DNA from: Parvularia atlantis
Taxonomy: Eukaryota
Direction: 5' to 3'
DNA length: 34,662 bases
Assembly: GCA_943704415.1 (NCBI GenBank)
Contig: CALSCO010000187.1
Coordinates: forward strand, 1 to 34,662
Position numbers and translations under genes: made by a program. Under the pieces are notes generated by a model that made no database searches, was not told the DNA's origin, and saw only the letters and a program-made list of their open reading frames with translations. Below are positions 11,386 to 22,747 of the stretch, one piece after another; the stretch's first letter is position 1, and each line of letters begins with the position of its first letter.

Positions 11386-13335
11386 ATGCGGTCCACGTGG
11401 CTGGTCACCTGCTCGGTGCTGGTCGCCCTCGTCCTCGCGACGACGCGCGCCGCGGCGCAGATCCCGCGCGACGAGCCCTCGCGCCGCGCCCTCGTCGACC
11501 GCGCCGCCCACAACGTGCTGCGCGCCGTGCTGCCGGGCCTCGACTCGCGCGCGCTGGGCGACGACGCCTTCGAGGTGCGCCGCGTTGGCTGCGCGTCGGT
11601 TCCTCGCGGCTGAGGAGCGCGCACAGATCTTCCTGAGCGAGGACGAGCACGATGCGCTGGCACGCGCGGGCGTCGATGTGACCACCAAGGAGCGCGCGCA
11701 GGTGCCGCGTCAGCCCGCCCAGTGCGCGTCGTGGCTCACTCGCGTCGCGTGCAGCCGCTCAAGGCCGTGCTGCCGGCCGGCTACCCGACGCTGGCCGGCA
11801 TCAACGAGTTCCTCGCAGAGACGCAGAGCGCGTTCCCTGGCATCGCGCGCGTCCTCGACTCGACCGCGTTCGGCGCCGGCCGCACCCACGAGGGCCGCGC
11901 GCTGCCGCTCGTCAAGATCTCGGGCAATGTGACGGCCGACGAGGACGAGCCGGCCGTCCTCATCTCGGTGCGGGCCGCATCGAGCGCTGCGGCGAGCGTT
12001 CACTCATGCCTGTGCGCGTGTGTGTGCACGCAGAGCAACATACACGCGCGCGAGATCGTCACGCCCGTGATCGCCGTCGAGATCATCCGCCGCCTCACGA
12101 CGCGCTACGCCACGTGCGCGCGATCCCGCTGCGGCGGTGGCGCATCTCACAGCTCCGCAGCGACGCGTCCATCCGCCAGCTCGTCGACAGCAACCAGATC
12201 TACATTGTGCCCGTCGTCAACCCGGACGGCTACGAGTGCGCACGTCGCGCGTGACATCAGCAGCCTGCTCACGCGACACGCCCCGCCCGCGCACAGGTAC
12301 GTGTGGAACGTCAACAACATGTGGCGCAAGAACCGCAAGCCCAACACGTGCGCGCGGCGTGCGGCCTGGCCCGTAGCCTGACGCGCACCCTGCCCAGGGG
12401 CGGCTCGTACGGCGTCGACTGCAACCGCAACTTTGACCTCGGCTGGAGCAGCACGTGCTCGGGCAGCTCGGTGCCGTCGTCCGAGACGTACAAGTGCGCC
12501 CGCGCCCGCACCCCAAACACGCATGCGCGCTGTCTGACGCGGCGCGCAGGGGCACCGCGCCCGAGTCGGAGGAGGAGACGCAGATCATCGTCGACCTCTC
12601 GATGCGCTACAACCTGGCCAAGCTTGTCCAGTTCCACTGTGCGTGCGCTGGCGGCAGAAGCTGCACGTGTCATCGCTCATTTCGTTCCGCAGCGTCCGGT
12701 CGCGAGGTCATCCACAGCTACGTGTGCACGCCAATCACCAAGGCACTCGACGACTATATCATCGCCGAGGCCAAGACCCTGGCCGCCGCGGCCAGCTACG
12801 CCACGCGCCGCCCGACTGACGGTGCGCCGCGCGTGCCAGTGCGCGTTGTTGCTGCTGACACCAGCGGCGCCGACGCAGACGGCCAGCACCAGGAGTGGAC
12901 CATCCGCAACCTGACCGCGTACTCGTTCCTAGTCGAGACCGAGACCGAGTTCCAGCCGTCGTACGCCGACGCCCTGGCCGAGTTTGAGCGCGTGTGGCCG
13001 CTCACGGTCGCGTTCCTGGGCCGCGTGACGCCGATCAAGGGGACGGTCAAGTGCGGCGGCGTGCCGGTGCGCGCCAAGGTGACTGTGCGCGAGTTTGGCG
13101 CCGACATCACGTCGACGTCGGACAGTGCGTTTGGCAGGTGCGCGCGTCTCTGTGAACAATGCGCGATCGCTGACAGCGCTGCTCGGGCGGCAGCTTCCGC
13201 ATGTTTGTGCCGGCGGGCACGTGGACGCTCGTGATCGCGGGCGCACCGTGCCAGGGCTCGACGACGACGCAGCGCACCGTGGCCGTGCGCGACGGCGCGA
13301 CCACGAACGTCCTCGTCGACCTCCAAGCAGCCTGA
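11386..13335 (+). CDS. Secreted zinc carboxypeptidase, family M14 (carboxypeptidase T-like), with a C-terminal beta-sandwich domain
   Basis: Signal peptide MRSTWLVTCSVLVALVLATTRAAA; VKISGNVTADEDEPAVLIS|SNIHARE (HxxE zinc ligands); VVNPDGYE; WRKNR; GVDCNRNF; SSETYK|GTAPESEEE; QFH; FLVET. About 10 introns. TGA at 13333-13335. Confidence 0.92.
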
Positions 13336-13412
13336 GAGAGCTGTCAGTCCGTGTCTTTTCGAGAAGAGCCGAGAACGCTCTGTTTGGTTCACGCTCAAGT
13401 ACACAGGCGGCG

Positions 13413-16400
13413 ATGCACTTCGCCCACGGCGCGGCGCAGCGTCTCGGCGGCCCCGAGGGCTTCTGGGTCGATGCCGCGTCGTCGCCCGACGGCGGCCGGC
13501 TGTTTGCGCTGCTCGCGCACGATCGGCTTGCGCTGTGGACGGCCAAGGTGCGCCGCCGCCGCGATCGATCGAGAGATGCTGTTGCTTCTTAACCGGCGCT
13601 GCACAGCCGCGCCTCGTTGTGTCGCAGTACCGCCGCGGCCCCGAGTCGATCGCGCGAGACGGGACCAACGTGGCGCTCGTGTGGCAGGCCGATGGGACGG
13701 CGCTGGCGGTGCTGGTGCGCCCCCGCCGCCGACGCTCGATCTTTGTGCAGGCTGATCACGGCGCGGCATGACGCCACGTAGACGTCCAAGGGCGCCGTCA
13801 TCTGCATCGGCATCGACCCGGCCGACGGGACGCTTGCCGCGACGCACGTCTCGCTCGGGCATCTGTCCGGTGCGGTCGCGCAGCACTCCTCGCGGCAGCG
13901 CTCTGACGTCGTGAACGTCACAGGGCCCGCGTACGCCGACGGACGCGGCGTGCCCGCCGTCGCGCTCTCGGTGCGCTTCGTCGCGCGGCAGATGCAGGGC
14001 GCGCCGTCCGTGTTGCGGTGCGTTGCGTATGCGCCGAGTGTGGTGCGACGCTGATCGGGCCGCGACGGCAGCATTGTTGGCGGCGCAACACACGTCTTGT
14101 GCGTGCACCAGCGCAGCGTCAGCCTGATGTCGTGGCGCGGCATCCGCGAGCGGCAGGCGCACGCCTTTGCGTACCTCGGTGCGTGTGCGTGCGTGCAGCC
14201 ACTCTCGCTCACGCCTGGCTTTCATGCGCGCAGACGACCGCCAGACGGTCGCGCGCATCGTCGCCGTCGAGCCTGCGCACAGCTACGCACTGCTCATGAC
14301 CGACGGCAGCGTGCACCTATTGCACCTGCCACACACGAGCCGCGCACCCGCCACTGCTGCCGCGGCCGCTGAGCCTGCCCCGCCGTCGCCGTCGCACGCG
14401 GACGTCACGCCGATCTGGACGCCGACGTCGACCGAGCGCCGCGCGACCGAGATCGCCTACAACGCGCCGCTGCGCCGCCTTGCCGCGGGCATGAGCACGT
14501 GCGTGGTGTGCACGATATGAGGCATAGCTGAAGTCGCATACAGCGGCGACGTGCTCCTGTTTGCGCACGTGCAGCGCGAGTTTGTCCCGCTGCCGACGCT
14601 GCCCGGCGCGCGCCACAGCACCCCCGCTGCCGCCGTGCGCGCGCTCGCGTGGTCGTCGGACGGACTTGCGCTCGCCGTGGGCTGCGTGCCGCTGCACCTG
14701 TCGTCGTCGTCGGTGCCGCCATCGCCGCAGTCGCAGGCCGCCGGTGCTTCGCAGCAACCGCCGTGCTCGCTGCTGCTGTACAACGCGTTTGGCACGGAGC
14801 TCGCGACGTCACAGGCTGCGGGCGACACAGCGCAGGAGCGACGAGCGTGCGTGACGCGCGCGCGCGCGTGCCCGGCTCGTTGTGGCGCTGACCGCACGAC
14901 GAGGCGCGCAGTCCGTACGAAATGTTCCCGGACGGCGTGCGCACACTCTTCTGGGGCCCGCAGTCGCTGCACCTCTACGTCGGCACGGCGCCCCGGCAGC
15001 GGCACAGCATCGACGGTGCGCAGCCGACCGCTCTTGCGCCTGTGCCCTTACAGCGCGGCAGGCATGACCGAGCTGTCGCTGCCGTCGTCGACCGTGAGCG
15101 TGAGCGAGCCCGCGACGCCGCGCACGCTGAGCAGCGGGAGTGTCGCCACCACCAACGGGACCGCTTCGCGCCCCAGCGTCGCGCTGCCGTCGGTCTCGCC
15201 GCTCGGCGGTGCGGCGGCGCAGCGCGGGGACCTGCTCGCGCCACCGACCTTCTACGCGCTGCCGCTGGCCGTGTCGACGCTGGCAATGGTGTTGTCCCCG
15301 GTGCGCATGCGCGTGCCGCCTGTGCCGCTGCGTGCGCGCTGACGACCGCGCACTTGTCCAGACCAACATGCGGTATCCGCTGCTCGTGTGCGACGACGCG
15401 CTACTGCTGGACGTGCACGCGACCGAGTCGCAGCACACGCTGCGGCCGGACGTGCGCCGCTGGCGCCAGCTGCAGATCACGCCGATGTACCTGGCCGAGA
15501 ACTGGCCGGTGCGGTACGTCGCGGCGCACCCGCAGGGCACGACGTTCGCCGTGGCCGGCACGCGCGGCTTTGCGATCCTGAACGCGGCGCTGGACAAGTG
15601 GAAGCTGTTTGGCAACTTGCAGCATGTGCGCGTACGTACGCAGCTGTGCAGCTCGCTGACGGGGACACGCAGGAGCGCGACTTTGCCGTCGTGGGCGGTC
15701 TCGCGTGGCTGGGCGACCTTTTGGCAGCGGCTGTGCAGGACGAGCAGACGAAGGAGCACGAGGTGCGAGCTGGCGTGCCGCTGCTGCGCTGCGTGGCTGA
15801 CGCGCGGCCTTCGGCGGCAGCTGCGCTTCTATTCGCGCCTGCAGAACCTCGACGCGTCGCTTGTGCTGTGGGCCGAGAAGCTCGCCGCGCCGTGTCAGTG
15901 CCTACTCGCCACAAGCGCGACCACGCTGCTCGTCTACACGGCCGACAACATCTTGCGCGAGTACGCGATGACCGCGGCCGGCGCCAAGCTCTGGAAACGT
16001 GCGACACCGCTGGCGACCACCGCATCGCTGTGCACTGATGCCGCGCGCAGTCGAGCAGGTGTACTCGGCGTCGCTCGCCAACGCGCTTAGCGACCCTGCG
16101 AGCGTGCGCGGCGTCGCGTTCAGCAGCACGGGCGACGGTGCGCTGAAACAGCGCACGTGCAACGAGCTGACGTTTGCTGCGGCGCACAGCGGCGGAGCGC
16201 ACGGTGCTGGCACTCGTCGGTGGCGACGCACTTCTGTTCAACCCGCAGGTGTGTCTGCTGCACGCTGCTACGCGTGGTCTGACAGTCTGCCGCGCAGTCA
16301 CACGAGCCGCCGCGCGTACTGTCGAGCGAGGCGCTGTTCTGCAGTGTCGAGCACGCGGGCGAGGAGGCGCTGCGCGGGTCTGTCTGGGTGGCCGAGAGCG

Positions 16401-18837
16401 GGTGGATTAAGTTTTGGCTCGCGTCGGCGACCGGGTTCGTCTGCTCGCATGGCAGCCGCCACGGTCAGCTGACACGCTCGTGACCAGGCCCGACCCGGCC
16501 AAGTTTCCCGTCGACGCCGTGCCCGTCGGCATTGTGCTTGACGGCATGGTCGCGGTCGGCGCCGGCAACACCTGCGCGCTCGTCGACGGCCTCGCCGGCC
16601 CGCTGGTCGACCACCGCATCCGGCTGAGCGTGCGCGGCCTCCTTGCGCGCCGTAACGACGACCGCTCACACCGCTCACATATCACCAGACGCACCTGTTC
16701 CTGCACCACATTATCAGCGCGCTGCTGTTTGACCGGTGCGTGTGCGTTTGTGACACTCGCAGTGTCCCACACACGCTGCTCGCAGCAACCTGGCGGACGC
16801 CACGCGCCTCGCAAAGGGCCTGCGCGAGTCCGTCTTCTTCACGCCCGCGCTCGAGTTGCTGCTGCACCAGTCGCTCGAGGCGGCGCCTGTCCCGCGTGTG
16901 CGGCCGGTGTCGACGGGTGCGATCGTCGCACTCAACGCACAAGGAGCGGCTCACACGGTGCGCAGGCGGGCTGAGCCACCTCGAGCTCGCGATCCAGTTT
17001 GCAGAGCAGTTCCCACAGTACTTGGACGTGCTCGTGCAGTGTGCGCGCAAGACCGAGGTCGACCGCTGGGAGCTCCTGTTCCGCTTCTCGGGCAACCCGG
17101 CCAACCTGTTCCGGGTGCGCGCATGCGCGGGGCAAGAGCATGACGGCGCTGAGACGTTGGTGCGCAGGAATGCCTCGCGACGGGGCGGTTGCGCACGGCG
17201 GCGCAGTACCTGCTCATCCTGCAGAACCTCGAGTCGGCCGAGACGAGTGGCAAAGTGCCGGGCACGTGTGTGCTGGGCGCCGTTGTCTCACCTTCGCGGC
17301 CCGCGCAGACGGCGATGCAGCTGCTTGAGGCGACACTGGCCAACGAGGACTACGAGACCGGGCGCGAGCTGTTGCGCTTCCTGATGACGATATTTGGCTG
17401 CGACGAGCTGTTTTCGAGCGGGACACGCAGCGCATCGGCAGGGCTGCACAGGTCGGCGGCAGGAGGGCGGAGGCCGCACACTGGCACGTCAAGCGGTGTG
17501 CCGTCGCCCGTGCACACGGTCTACCAGCAGCAGTCGCCGGACGGGTCGCTCAGCGTGACGTCGCAAGACATGCAGCGCAACAAGGTGCGGCGGTGCTGTG
17601 CGGGCGCACGGTGCGCTGACTGCGCGTACACGCAGCTCTACCTCGAGATCCTGCTGGCGCGGCACGCGCGCAAGCTGATGCAAAAGGGTCGCCTGCGCTC
17701 CCTGCTCGCGTTCGCCGAGGCGCTCAGCCTGCCGCTGCACACGTTCCTGTGGCGCGAGCAGTGCGTGCCGTCGCAGGTGCTGCGCGCGGGCGGACGCTGA
17801 CGGGGCGCACAGCAATCGCGCTGCGGTCGTCGAGGACTACCACGCCGTGTTCCTGTCGCTGCACGAGCAGTTTTTGTGGCACTACCCCGGTGCGTGCCCG
17901 CGTGCGGACGACGACGTCTGCTGACGGGAAGGCAGACGCGGGCGTGCCTTCGGCGGTCGAGGCGCGCAGCCGCGGCATGACGATCACTCTGTACGAGAAC
18001 AGCGCGGCGACGGACGGGTGCGCGCGCGCGTCTGCCGCTGATGGTGCCTGGCTGCTGACCATGTGTTGCAGCGAGTCGTTCGCCACCGCGGTCGACTTTC
18101 ACCGCGACAGCAAGGCGCGCGAGCTCAAGTGCGTCTTTGAGCCGTTGTGCAGCACGCATGGCCTGACACGCGCTCGCGTGGGCGCAGAGAGCTGCGCGAG
18201 GCGGCCGAGCAGGCCGAGTGCCTGGACTACGTCGTGCTGGTCGGAACTATGCTAGGCGACGTGCGCGCAGTCGCCCTCGCGCTGCGTGATGTGCCGCCGC
18301 CGGCCGTGTTGGCGCAGGCCGTCGTCGAGCAGGAGTCGAGCGTGCCGCGGCTGCAGCTGCCGCAGCGCCTGACGAGTGGTGCGTCGACCCACGCGCCCAC
18401 GTTCTCAGCCACGCTGCTGCCGTCGTCGCCGCGCGCGGCGCCGACGCCGTCGTCGTGGCTCAGCTGGATCTTTGGCGCGCGCGGCAGCGGCGACGCGGCG
18501 GCCGGCGATGTTGCGGACCACTTTGCCGCGCCGTCGTCGCCCGAGGACAAGGAGCCCTCGCCCGACGTCTACCACGGCCTGGACCAGCTCAGCCCGCGGC
18601 CGCGGCGCGCGCCGTCGTCCGCCGACGAGACTGAGAGCTCGCTGCTGCTCACGAGCAAGACGTCCGGGCGGCCGCCCAACACGTGCGTTGCTCGTTTGGT
18701 GGCGGAGCGCAGCTGACACGTTCGCTGTAAGGGCCGAAGAGCGGCGCACGCTGTTTGCGGACCTGGTCGAGCGCGTGGGCAGCGCGGGCTACCGCGCGTT
18801 TCGCGACCTTGTGCTGGCTGCGCTCGCGGGCGCGTGA
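13413..18837 (+). CDS. RIC1: RIC1, Rab6/Ypt6 GEF complex subunit (beta-propeller plus RIC1 domain; about 20 introns)
   Basis: N-terminus MHFAHGAAQRL; YLAENWPVRYVA..FAVAGTRGF..KWKLFGN; LFLHHII; LELLLHQSLE; FPQYLDVLVQCARKTEVDRWELLF; ECLATGRLRTAAQYLLILQNLE; RELLRFL. Confidence 0.93.
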
Positions 18838-18868
18838 TCGCTGCTTGTGTGCGCGCACGCTTCACACA

Positions 18869-19317
18869 TTATCGGTTGCCTGAGGGCGTGCGGCGCGTGC
18901 TCGGGCGCTGCGGCGTCTGCGCGGCGGTGTTGGGTGCGGCAGCGTCGAGTGCGGCCGTGGCGGCGGCGGGCGGCGGCAGCACGGGCATCTGCCGGCCAAA
19001 CTGCGCCTCGAGCATGTGCACGTAGCGCTCAAGCTCGGCGTTGCGCTGCCGCAGGCGCTCGTTCTCCTCTATCACGGCTGTCTGCGCGTTTGCGGCTGAG
19101 CCTTGTGCGCGCGCAGCTGCAGAAGCGACAGAGCGCACCGGCGTGTCGCCCACGAGGAACGACATCAGCCGGTCGACGGCCGTCGGCGGCGACGCGATAG
19201 TGGGCGCAGCCGTGCGCGGCGTCGCGAGGGTCTCGGTGAGCAGCGCCGACGCCGGTACGGAGCCTCGTGCGGTCGCGGGCGTCTGCGCCGTTGTCGCGGC
19301 GATCTGCATCGGCGTCA

Positions 19318-19353
<36 letters not shown>

Positions 19354-20026
19354 TGTTGGGTGAGAGGACGTTGCGCCTGGGCGAGGCGGTCGCGGGCGAG
19401 GCGGGGCGAGGCGGCGCCGGGTGGTACTGGTCAATCAGGCGCTTGCGCTTGACGTACTCGGGGTCGCTGCTGATGCGCCCGATGATCTCCTCCATCTTGG
19501 CCTGGAGCTTGCGCCGCTGCGCCTCTGCGACACGTGTCGGCGATGTGTTTCGCGATGTGTATCGCGATGCATCGGCGATATCTGCGCACCCGACTGCTGC
19601 AGCTGCGAGCGGAACACGGCCTCGAAGACCTGGTACAGCACTGTCGCCAGCAGCGGCACGGCGACGGCCATGAGCAGGCGCTCGTACCGCTGCAGCTCGT
19701 GCATCGTGTACGCGACGGCCCTGGCGGCGCACGCGGTCGGCACGGGCGCCTGGCAGCAGCAGCGCGCGCCGCGCACCACGCCAACGGCGCCAGCAGCAGC
19801 CCGATCAGCACGATGCTCTGCCGGAATGAGCCGCGCAGGCGCAGCAGCTGCTCTGTCCACGCCTTCTCGCGCTCGATGCGCGCGCGCACAGCGTCCAGCT
19901 CCTGCTCGAACCGCTCCTGATCGGCGCCGCCGCGACGTCAGCGACCGCCGCAGCGGCGCGGCAGCGAGCGGCACGGCGCGGCACCGTCGCGTCCTTGGGA
20001 CGGAAGAGGGCCACGACGTTGCCCAT
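18869..20026 (-). CDS. LNP1: Lunapark-family ER junction protein, lacking the C-terminal zinc finger
   Basis: Myristoylation-type start MGNVVALFR; ERFEQELDAVRARI; two TM helices; coiled coil ending EYVKRKRLIDQY; Pro/Gln-rich linker; VDRLMSFLVGDTP. Four introns. Confidence 0.8.
19319..19351 (-). repeat. (CAG)11 polyglutamine tract in lunapark
   Basis: (ctg)11 on the + strand, encoding NN-Q11-M. Confidence 0.95.
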
Positions 20027-20117
20027 CCGTCACGCTACTTTGCGCACAAGCACGGCCGTGGTTCGGCTCGAAAATGCATCCGTCACACAGCTATTCTGTG
20101 CAAGCACGGCCGTGGTT
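20024..20117. repeat. Degenerate tandem duplication (~54-bp period) upstream of lunapark
   Basis: CATCCGTCAC at 20024 and 20077; CAAGCACGGCCGTGGTT at 20047 and 20101. Confidence 0.85.
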
Positions 20118-20143
20118 GAACCAAAAAAAAATGAACAGGGTTG

Positions 20144-22392
20144 TCACTGTGACCGCAGGCTGAGCGCGTCGTCGGCCGTGGCGGGCGGGGCTGCGGCGTC
20201 CGTGGGCGAGTCGGCGTCGGGCGCGTGCAGCGAGCGAATGATGATGTCGGAGCTGGTGAGCGCGCCCTCGGCGTCGCGCAGCGTGAGGAGCGCCGAGACG
20301 GTCTGCTCGGGCTCGCCGCGGTCTGGGCGCGGCGCGCAGCGCGTGAGGCTACTACTGGCGGCGCGGAGCGAGCATCACACGCGCACCGCTGCCCATCTTG
20401 CCCGCGCTCGAGTCGGTCGCGCCCTGCACCGAGTTGGTTTGCTTGGTCGAGAAGTGGAACGCGTTGATGCGGAGCGACGCGACGACGGTCGCAAAGATGC
20501 CCGTGACTGTGTCGCGCGCGCGTGCGTGAGGTGCGCGGTCGTGCGAGGGGAGGCAGCTGCAGAGCACACGGAAGAAGAGCTGCAGGTACGTGAAGATCAT
20601 GAACAGCACCGGCGTGACGAACGCAAAGCTCATCACGGCCAGCAGCGCCACGAACGTGAGCAGACACTGCGCGGGCGTGCGCCGCATGTAAGCAGCCGTT
20701 GCGTTTGTGCAAGCGCGAGGCGCACCAGCGCGGTCATGATCATGAGCACGGTGATCTACGCGCGCGCGGGGCGCAGAGCGGTCAGCACGGCGCGCGCGCA
20801 CACGCTGCGCGCACCTTGTAGATCATTGCAACGTTGTGCGGCGCGATCTTGGAGAACGCGCTGAGCCGGTGCAGCAGCCACCCGCCAAAGCCAATGAAGC
20901 ACAGGCACATGAGGAGGATCAGCACGCCCACGATCGTGAAGCTCACGTTGGACAGCTCCGCAATGGGCGTGCCGTGCTCGAGCGTGAAGAAGTTGACGTC
21001 AGCGAACGCGAGCAGTACCACAAACACCACAAAGCTGCGCAGGCCGGGCGCGCGTCAGCAGCGGGCAGGCGCGCACGCTGCCCAGGCCACGCACGAGATT
21101 GGCACAAACGCGCGCGCCCCGGCCGACATCCAGCCGAGGGCGCCCTGCGGCACGCTCGCGACAACGCGCACCCATGCCGACAGCAGCAGGCTGATCATGA
21201 ACATGAGGCAAAAGTAGCTCTGTGCGCGGTGTCAGCAACCGCGCCGTTATCGCGCGCAGCAGAGTGCGCGCACCGTGAAGCGCAGCGTGAAGAACTGCCC
21301 AAAGCTGAGCCGCCCGTCGTACCCGCCGTAGTCGATCGCAGCCTCGATGAACATGACTGCGCGCGGGCGCGGTCGGTGAGCGCGGGCGTGGACGGGCAAG
21401 GCGGGCGCGCGAGAGCGACGCACAGAAGGTGCCGAAAAAAAGCAGCCAGTAGATCGCGTTGTTGTACTGCAGCACGCGGTACCGCCGCCCCTCGACCGAC
21501 ATGTTGAGCACGTTGACCGCGAGCGAGAGCAGCGCAAAGCCGCCGGCGATCAGGCAAGTGAGCACGCGCAGCGCGACGTAGGCGGGTGACCGCGCGAGCC
21601 GGACCCAGTTGCCCTCGTCTGCGGCTGATTAGCAGCACGCAACAGCAGCAGCAGCCGCGCGCGCACACACACCGGACGTGACGGTGACGAGCAGCGAGGC
21701 GTTGTGCGTGTCGTACAGCGCCTCGAGCGCGACGCCGTCGTCGTAGCTGATCATCGTGAGCGCGTGCCCTGTGCGCGCACATTCGTCGGGCCGCATCGAC
21801 CCACGCGAACGAGCGGGCCGCACCGCGATCGACGTAGCGCGTAACCACGCCGAGCATGTCCTGCCAGCCGGGCTCCCAGCCGGCGGTGGCCGGGAAGGCG
21901 AAGACGGCGACGTCGGGCGCGAGGGCCGCAAACTCAGGCGTCTCGATGATGCTCCCGAACGACGCGCAGCCGGCTGTCGAAACGCGCATGGCACGCACGT
22001 GAGACGCGGACGAGACGCGCACGAGACGCGGCCGCACCGGCCTCCGCCGCCTTAAACTGGAAGAGCACGACGCCGCCTTCTGCGCCCGTCCCCGCTGCCG
22101 TCGCGCGCACGGCCTCAGCACCACGACGAACGACAGCAACGCGCACGCGCGGACGCACCCTGCGGTACGCAGCCGGCCGCGAGCGCCACGACGCGCAGCG
22201 GCGCGCTGCTGACGACGTCGTACTGGGCGGAGGCGTGGAAGAAGTCCGCGTTGGCGAAGCGGGCCGACGTCCCTGCCGCGCGCGCACCCACGTTGGCGTC
22301 CGCGCACGCGCACGTCACGCACCGAGCACGGCGATCTCGGCGCGGGCGACGGCGACGGCGGCCGCGGTCGCGAGCAGCAGCAGCCGCCGCAT
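20144..22392 (-). CDS. Signal peptide + PA-like ectodomain + 7-transmembrane (THH1/TOM1/GPR137-like) receptor-like protein
   Basis: MRRLLLLATAAAVAVARA; ISYDDGVALEAL; seven hydrophobic segments after splicing ~11 introns, including LLLSAWVRVV and FIGFGGWLLHRL. Contains a 30-nt exon (20726-20755). TGA at 20144-20146. Confidence 0.75.
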
Positions 22393-22498
22393 GTGCCCCC
22401 TGAGCGTTTCCGCGCGACAGCCGTTGGGTCAACAAACAGACAGAGGGCAAAGCGGCCGCGCGAGGCCGACCGCGCAGCGCAGTGGCACGAAACGAGGC

Positions 22499-22561
22499 AG
22501 AGAGAGGCAGAGAGAGGGAGAGAGAGGGAGAGAGAGAGAGGGAGAGAGAGGGAGAGAGAGA

Positions 22562-22619
<58 letters not shown>
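22499..22619 (+). repeat. Imperfect (GA)n microsatellite in a divergent intergenic region
   Basis: ~120 bp of agagag.. with occasional ggg or gc interruptions. Confidence 0.97.
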
Positions 22620-22624
<5 letters not shown>

Positions 22625-22692
22625 GATGTACCGCCTGTGGTTACCCATCAACGGCTACCGACTGGTACACACTTTTGCCGTGGCAGCAGCTC

Positions 22693-22737
22693 CAGACGCC
22701 GCCGCAGACGCCGCCGCAGACGCCGCCGCAGACGCCG
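22693..22737 (+). repeat. 12-bp tandem repeat (CAGACGCCGCCG) x~3.7
   Basis: Read directly from the sequence. Confidence 0.9.
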
Positions 22738-22747
22738 CAGCCTCGAC

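Noticed and set aside
22693..22737. Short repeats as a CRISPR array or other prokaryotic system
   Set aside because: The repeats are tandem without spacers, there are no cas genes, and the DNA is eukaryotic.
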